Under the pieces are notes generated by a model. That model searched no databases, had not been told where the DNA came from, and saw only the letters and a program-made list of their open reading frames with translations. DNA of 64,000 nt. Origin: Callorhinchus milii (taxonomy: Eukaryota). This document shows, piece after piece, positions 58,901 to 64,000 of this stretch. The DNA lies in the NCBI RefSeq assembly GCF_018977255.1, contig NW_024704742.1, positions 52,764,001 to 52,828,000 of the forward strand. Direction: 5' to 3'. The position numbers and the translations under genes were made by a program. The stretch's first letter is position 1; each line of letters starts with the position of its first letter.

Positions 58901-61900
58901 GCAAATAGACCTGTGTAACCCAGTTACCGAGAAGTTTGTGTACTCTCTCACTGAGGAGCATCACTGAGAACAGGGGGTCGAAATGCTGTCAAACTGCAGA
59001 GATGTCAAGATTAACTGGTGTTGGGGCAGTTTGTTTTATTTAAACCTCCACCTTCAAGTGGAGGAGCAGGATCTGGCAAAACGTTATTAATAAAACACCA
59101 AAATGGAACATGTTTGTACGTACATAAACAACATTTAAGTGAAACATTTATATAGCGCTTTTCACAACATTTATATAGTGCCTTTCATGTCGGGAGGACG
59201 TTCCAAGGCGCTGGACAGTCAGGAATTCGGATCCGAGCTGGGAGTTGGAATCAGGAGGGAGGGAGGGTAGGGATAGGCGGGTGACCAAAGGTACAAGCCT
59301 GCTGAGCAGAGGGAGTGGGTAGGTCTATAAAGAATTAGCAGGTCACAGCTGTAGGGGGGAGACAAGGCCACGTAGGGCTTTGAAGGTGAGGACGAGGACT
59401 TTGAATTTTGAACAAGTTTTGCACGCTGAAGGAAAAACAGACGTCAAATGAAAACTCGGCTCCTTAGATCTGTTTGTCGCACAAATGTGTTTCTTTGTCT
59501 CCTCAGGTGGTAAAAAACGGTCCATCCCATTCCGTCGACAGCGAATGCAAATTGACCATCCCGTCCCCCCCTCAGGGATCTCATCAGCACCTTTACCTCA
59601 TTGTGATGATCCATATGTTCTGGACCTCTTGAAGGTGGCTGACTGCAGGTATTTATGATTCATATCTGAAAATACAAACCACCAACAATTGAGTTACTGG
59701 GCAGAGAGCTGGATAATAGCCCTGCCTAGACCATCACTGTAAATCCAATGAAAGAGGACTTTAATATTGACATTGTTTTGAATGGTAAAATGGACCCTCT
59801 ATTGAAGTAACTATCGAAAGTAATTGTATACAATTAAAAGCCCAAGTAGAAAGAATGGACTTCTCTAATGTTGAACGTGATCAGTGTAAAGTGATTGTTC
59901 TGCTACAAAAGAACAGTAGAGTAATGTGTGCTAACCTGGTTTCAGTTTGGTAAAGCTACCAGCAGGGGGAAGTCTCCCAGAATGGTTTGCTTTCTGTTTT
60001 GATCTGATGAGATATTTTAGTGAAGACATAGACGCAATAAAATTCTAATCGGAAGAAGTGGAAAATAATCATTACTATGAAGTGACGTTCCCTTTGTGTA
60101 CTATGTTTTTGTACTAAGTTAATCGGGAAAAAATCTACAAAGACACATCTGAAGCAGCATAAATTCCTAGTGTGGATCTCGAGCTAATTGTTTTTATGGT
60201 GTTCTATTCCCAAATTTTAAATGTAGATTAATCTAACCTTTATTTAGAAGTGGACAATCTGGGCAGTAACTCACAGATTATACAATAACAGATTTCCAAG
60301 TTCTTGGTTAAGGCCGTGTTAGACACTAGAGTGTATTATATAGTCATTTCAAAAATGACAGCTATGCATCATGTAATGCAACACATTACATAACAAAGTG
60401 TAATAAAAGGTGAAATTATAAAATGCAAAGTGGAGAGTGCAGAGTAAGTGGGAGGGAGAAGGAGACACAGTATGCTGGGTGCCTAAGCTGCTTTTACATA
60501 GCCCTGCCTCTCACCACTTTTAATGGATAGATGCCCCATGCTTGTCTGGAACTACCAAAAAGACTTCAGTCACAAAGATGAGTTTGTGCAGGTAATGATG
60601 GTTCTCTGAGTGTCTCCATATAGAAAACAGACTGTGGCCATCTTTCACATACATATACGAGACAATGTACAATATGCCCTCTATTAACCTCTAAGAAACA
60701 TGATTCTCACTAATTTTGAGAACAGGCTGATGTGTACATATGGTATAGAGCAGATGGAAGGGAGGGACAACAGCACTGATCCAAAGTAAAATGGTATTTT
60801 TACCTCAGTAATTGCCTCAGTATAACGTCACTGTACTGAACTGTCATGGAAACTTCACATTCATTAATTCTGATTTTTGTACATTTGGAGTTATATTACA
60901 ATGCCTATAGAGTGCTTTTGTTGTGCTACATACGGAATATTTGTAAAATTGACATTCAGCTTTAAAGAACTGAGCAAAGATGTGTGCATGAATGCTCTGC
61001 AAGCTAACAATTGATTTGAAGAGATATGCGACATTTACAGTAAAACTCGCATAAATCGCATCAGTCAGGAACATAGCATTTAGCCAAAGTATTTATAGGC
61101 CGACTTGTAAATGTCAGATTTTTTATGACTAACACATAACAACAAACACATTTTCCACGCTTGCTTCAATGGTGCAGTAATAATAATCCTTGCATTTGAT
61201 TTAGCGCCTTATCACATCTTCTAGACATCTCAAAGCGCTTCACAGAATATACTGTAAAGTGAATTGACTATGTTTTGTGGGTGAAACACTTTACTGTACT
61301 TACTGTACTGTGCATGCATACTTCAATGCTGACGGTAAATGCGGTAGGGGCGTTACGAGTTAGGAGATGATTTGCATAGAATTTAGGATGTATTTGAGAC
61401 CAAGAAAACATTACAATTAGCCATTTATCCAATTTTATGAAATGCGATCAACGCAATGAAATCTTAAGAGCTTTTTTGGTGGAAAACTGAATAGGTGCAT
61501 GTACGACCTAGGCAATTATATGATTTATAAGAATAAGAGTAATTTTACTGTACTCAACACATTAATGACTGTGGTGAGAAAAACAATACGTACTCTCTGA
61601 AGGTGATAGAATAATGGAACACACTGCAGAAGGCCAGGGTTTAAACAGTGGAATTGTGCACAGACATGCCTCAATGCAAGAGCAGAAGCTTCCAGACTTG
61701 GTGGGTGTATGTGTGTGTGTGTGTGAAATGACAAGATCTAAAGCTGTACTTGACTGCTTGTTATATTAGAGTGAATTAATGTGCTGTTGGGGGTGATGGT
61801 AATTCAATGCAATTCGTTCAAGGCAATCATTTGTCTCGAATTTTGCTTGTGGAGATGCATCTGCAGGACCCAGTGAACAGAAATACTTTTTATAAAAAAA

Positions 61901-62202
61901 TCTAATCCTGTTTAATTTAATCTAATCTCTCCTTCAGTACACTTGGTTCTGTTCTTTACAGTATTACCATGTGGTTAATAACACGGCTGATTTACTTGCT
62001 CCAGGAACTAGTTTTAGGAAACACTTTTATTATTTGAATTTTCACTAAATCTGCATGTATTTTGCCACCTCAGAGAGGTAGCATGGATTTTGATAGTTAT
62101 GATGTTGCTTATTCCAGAATACAGGATCTGCAGAATACAGTTGATAGATTGAACGATGAACAGGAGCGAGCTGATCGTGACGTAAGGAAGTTCAAGAGAC
62201 AG
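52838..62202 (+). CDS. CEP135: Centrosomal protein 135 kDa, 5' part; join(52838..52950,53712..53902,56947..57114,59507..59648,62118..62202), 233 aa, continues beyond window
   Basis: MTTASERKFINLRKRLDQLGYRQPLGIESLPLVEKLFSDLVHTTESLR...LKFLNNQYVHK...AVVQTPGGKKRSIPFRRQRMQID; GT-AG junctions, consistent phases, synteny with EXOC1. Confidence 0.96.
53240..53612 (+). mobile_element. Longer-subfamily tRNA-derived SINE
   Basis: Same head and tail with an extra central segment. Confidence 0.85.
53712..53902 (+). CDS. CEP135: CEP135 coding exon
   Basis: DLVHTTESLRNAKL...LEPYRTENGQLVRENNMLH; donor |GTAAGT. Confidence 0.95.
55246..55385 (+). repeat. Purine-rich ~42-46 bp tandem repeat, 3 copies
   Basis: GGGGGAAATGGTCAGGGTGAGGGGAGGGAAGGG... 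Confidence 0.85.
55768..56015 (-). mobile_element. L2 LINE 3' end
   Basis: (CAA)n plus tail and 3' UTR; similar pieces at ~55150-55230 and ~59150-59410. Confidence 0.8.
56120..56607. mobile_element. Degenerate Tc1/mariner-pogo (Tigger-like) MITE
   Basis: TA|CAGTTCTCACCCCCTTAT ... ATAAGTAGGTGGGGCTG|TA imperfect terminal inverted repeats; internal repeats of (C)ACTTATGTCGACA. Confidence 0.6.
56947..57114 (+). CDS. CEP135: CEP135 coding exon
   Basis: LKATVRKLEHDTADLKFLNNQY...QEKNLQAVVQTP; donor |GTAGGT. Confidence 0.93.
59507..59648 (+). CDS. CEP135: CEP135 coding exon
   Basis: GKKRSIPFRRQRMQIDHPVPPS...DDPYVLDLLKVAD; CTCAG| ... |GTATTT. Confidence 0.94.
62118..62202 (+). CDS. CEP135: CEP135 coding exon
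   Basis: IQDLQNTVDRLNDEQERADRDVRKFKRQ; TTCCAG| ... |GTAGGA; phase 2 to 0. Confidence 0.88.
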
Positions 62203-62384
62203 GTAGGAATGTTTTAATCTGAACATCAGTCTTTGCCTCATGTCCAAAGGATGTTGTTTCTATTGTATGTCAAGTGGCATTGCAGTACAGGGGGGCACTT
62301 CTGCCCGCGTCTTGTTTTATGCTTTAGAGATACTGGTGATGGAGAACAGTCTGAGAGCAGATATTTTACAATACAATTTACATT

Positions 62385-62935
62385 TATATACAATACAAAA
62401 TTACATTTGTAAAGGGTTTTTCACATGGGGAGGACGTCCCAATGCGCTGAACAGTCGGGGGGCAAAGAGGCTGAAGGCCTGACCGCCGATGGTGGGGTGG
62501 GCTGGGCAGGGGACATGGAGCAGGCCAGAGCCTGCTGAGCAGAGGGAGCGAACAGGTTGATAAGGGGTTAGCAGGTCGGAGAGGTAAGAGGGTACGAGGC
62601 CATGGAGGGCCTTGATGGTGAGAATAAGAATTTTGAACTCGATCCTCTGAAAGATCTGGAGCCAGTGGAGCCAGGCAAGGGTGGGTGTGATGGAGGCATA
62701 ATGCCTGGTGCGGGAGAGAACACAAGTTCTGGATGATCTGCAGCCTGTGGAGGGAAGATTTGGGAAGACCGACAAGCAGGGCATTGGCATAGTTGAGCTT
62801 GGATGTAATGAAGGCATGTAACGCCTTGTTGGGAGGACGTCTCAAAGCGCTTGACACTGCTTGGCTGTGCACCTGAGCTGGGGATGGGGAGGGGAAAGAT
62901 GACCGAAAGCACAGTCAAAGCGGTAAGTCTTGAGA
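62385..62935 (-). mobile_element. L2 LINE 3' fragments
   Basis: [32 protein letters not shown] and RIEFKILILTIKALHGL on the - strand. Confidence 0.85.
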
Positions 62936-63624
62936 TGTTTTGTGAAGCATTCCACCTCCGGTGACCTCATGATACGGTGTTGTGTGACCTCATGAAAGGG
63001 GATCACCAGCTAAACCGTTTCTGCTTAAAGAGAGAAAAAACACACTATGTCGTAGTACCTACACCATCAAAACATCCCAAATGATTTAATAATTACTGTT
63101 ACTACAAGGAGGGCACTATTTTAAAGAGACCATTGAGTGACACACAGCGAATGGACTGCTCGGGTGCAACATCAGTAAATAGTCGGGGAATCCGAGGAGT
63201 GGATTAAACAAGACAATGAATTGATAATGATTTTGAATTGTTAAATTCAACTCCCAAACACCATGATTTCAATCAAAAACTACCTTCTGTTGTCATCAAA
63301 GTTACAATTCAGGACATTACATTATTAAATAATACCCTTGGTTTGCATAGGGTTTGTTCTCTTGTGGAGTATTTGCTAATCATGCTTTAGGTATCTAAAA
63401 CCGGTGAAATTAACTGCAATTTGGGTTAGTCCGGTCTGCCCGGTTCTCACAGCAATGAACCCTTACTCAGAGGCCATCCTTATATAAAGGCCACTTTGGC
63501 CCAGACCCCTGAGAGGTTGTTGAAGACAGGTTTGACTATATCAAGGGGCATTGTAGTGAAGGGAGGCACCTCTCCCTTTACTACAATGCTGCTTGATATA
63601 GAGTCAAACCTGCTCCAGTCAGCT

Positions 63625-63913
63625 CTACGTCCGCCGCCCAGCCCGCCCCACAATCGAGCCTTCAGTTTCTCTGCCTCCACCCTTTGGAACTCCATCCCAC
63701 ATTCCCTCCGCCTCGCTCCCTCCCTTGCCTCCTTCAAAACCCGTCTCAAGACCCTCCTCTTCAACCATGGTCGCCCTCCTACCCCTACCCTTCCTGCCCT
63801 CCATCCCCCTTGATCCCAACCCCCCCGCTCGGGTTGAGGTCAGTGATTGTCCAGCGCCTTGGGACATCCTCCTGACGTGACAGGCTCTATACAAACGTAA
63901 TTTGTTGTTGTTG
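63625..63913 (+). mobile_element. L2 LINE 3' end
   Basis: RAFSFSASTLWNSIP...FKTRLKTLLF; tail and (GTT)n. Confidence 0.85.
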
Positions 63914-64000
63914 TCTTGTTTTATACTTTCGACATACTGGCAGTGAACAGTCAATATGGGTTGCAATTTGAAGTGCCACAACTGTTAACCTGAATTTTAC

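Overview
Vertebrate nuclear DNA, most likely a cartilaginous fish. The repeat content suggests this (tRNA/Deu-type SINEs, L2 and CR1 LINE tails, a Penelope-like relic), but the species cannot be fixed from sequence alone. Three spliced genes lie in tandem on the + strand, in the EXOC1L-EXOC1-CEP135 order known from human 4q12. EXOC1L has 3 coding exons (602-7577, 171 aa). EXOC1/Sec3 is complete (14836-40821, 899 aa including the 45-nt cassette exon), with a candidate 21-nt microexon and a 54-nt cassette exon in addition. CEP135 is represented by its first five coding exons (52838-62202) and continues beyond the window. All exons were joined by hand with GT-AG boundaries and consistent phases. 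The most unusual non-coding structures are three arrays: 13 tandem CTCF-like sites (core plus upstream motif) against the putative CEP135 promoter, a 1.7-kb G-run minisatellite opening EXOC1 intron 1 whose unit resembles a LINE 3'-UTR motif, and a 2.5-kb C/A-only tract opening CEP135 intron 1. The long ORFs over these arrays are low-complexity artefacts. No prokaryotic-type system (CRISPR, operon) is present.
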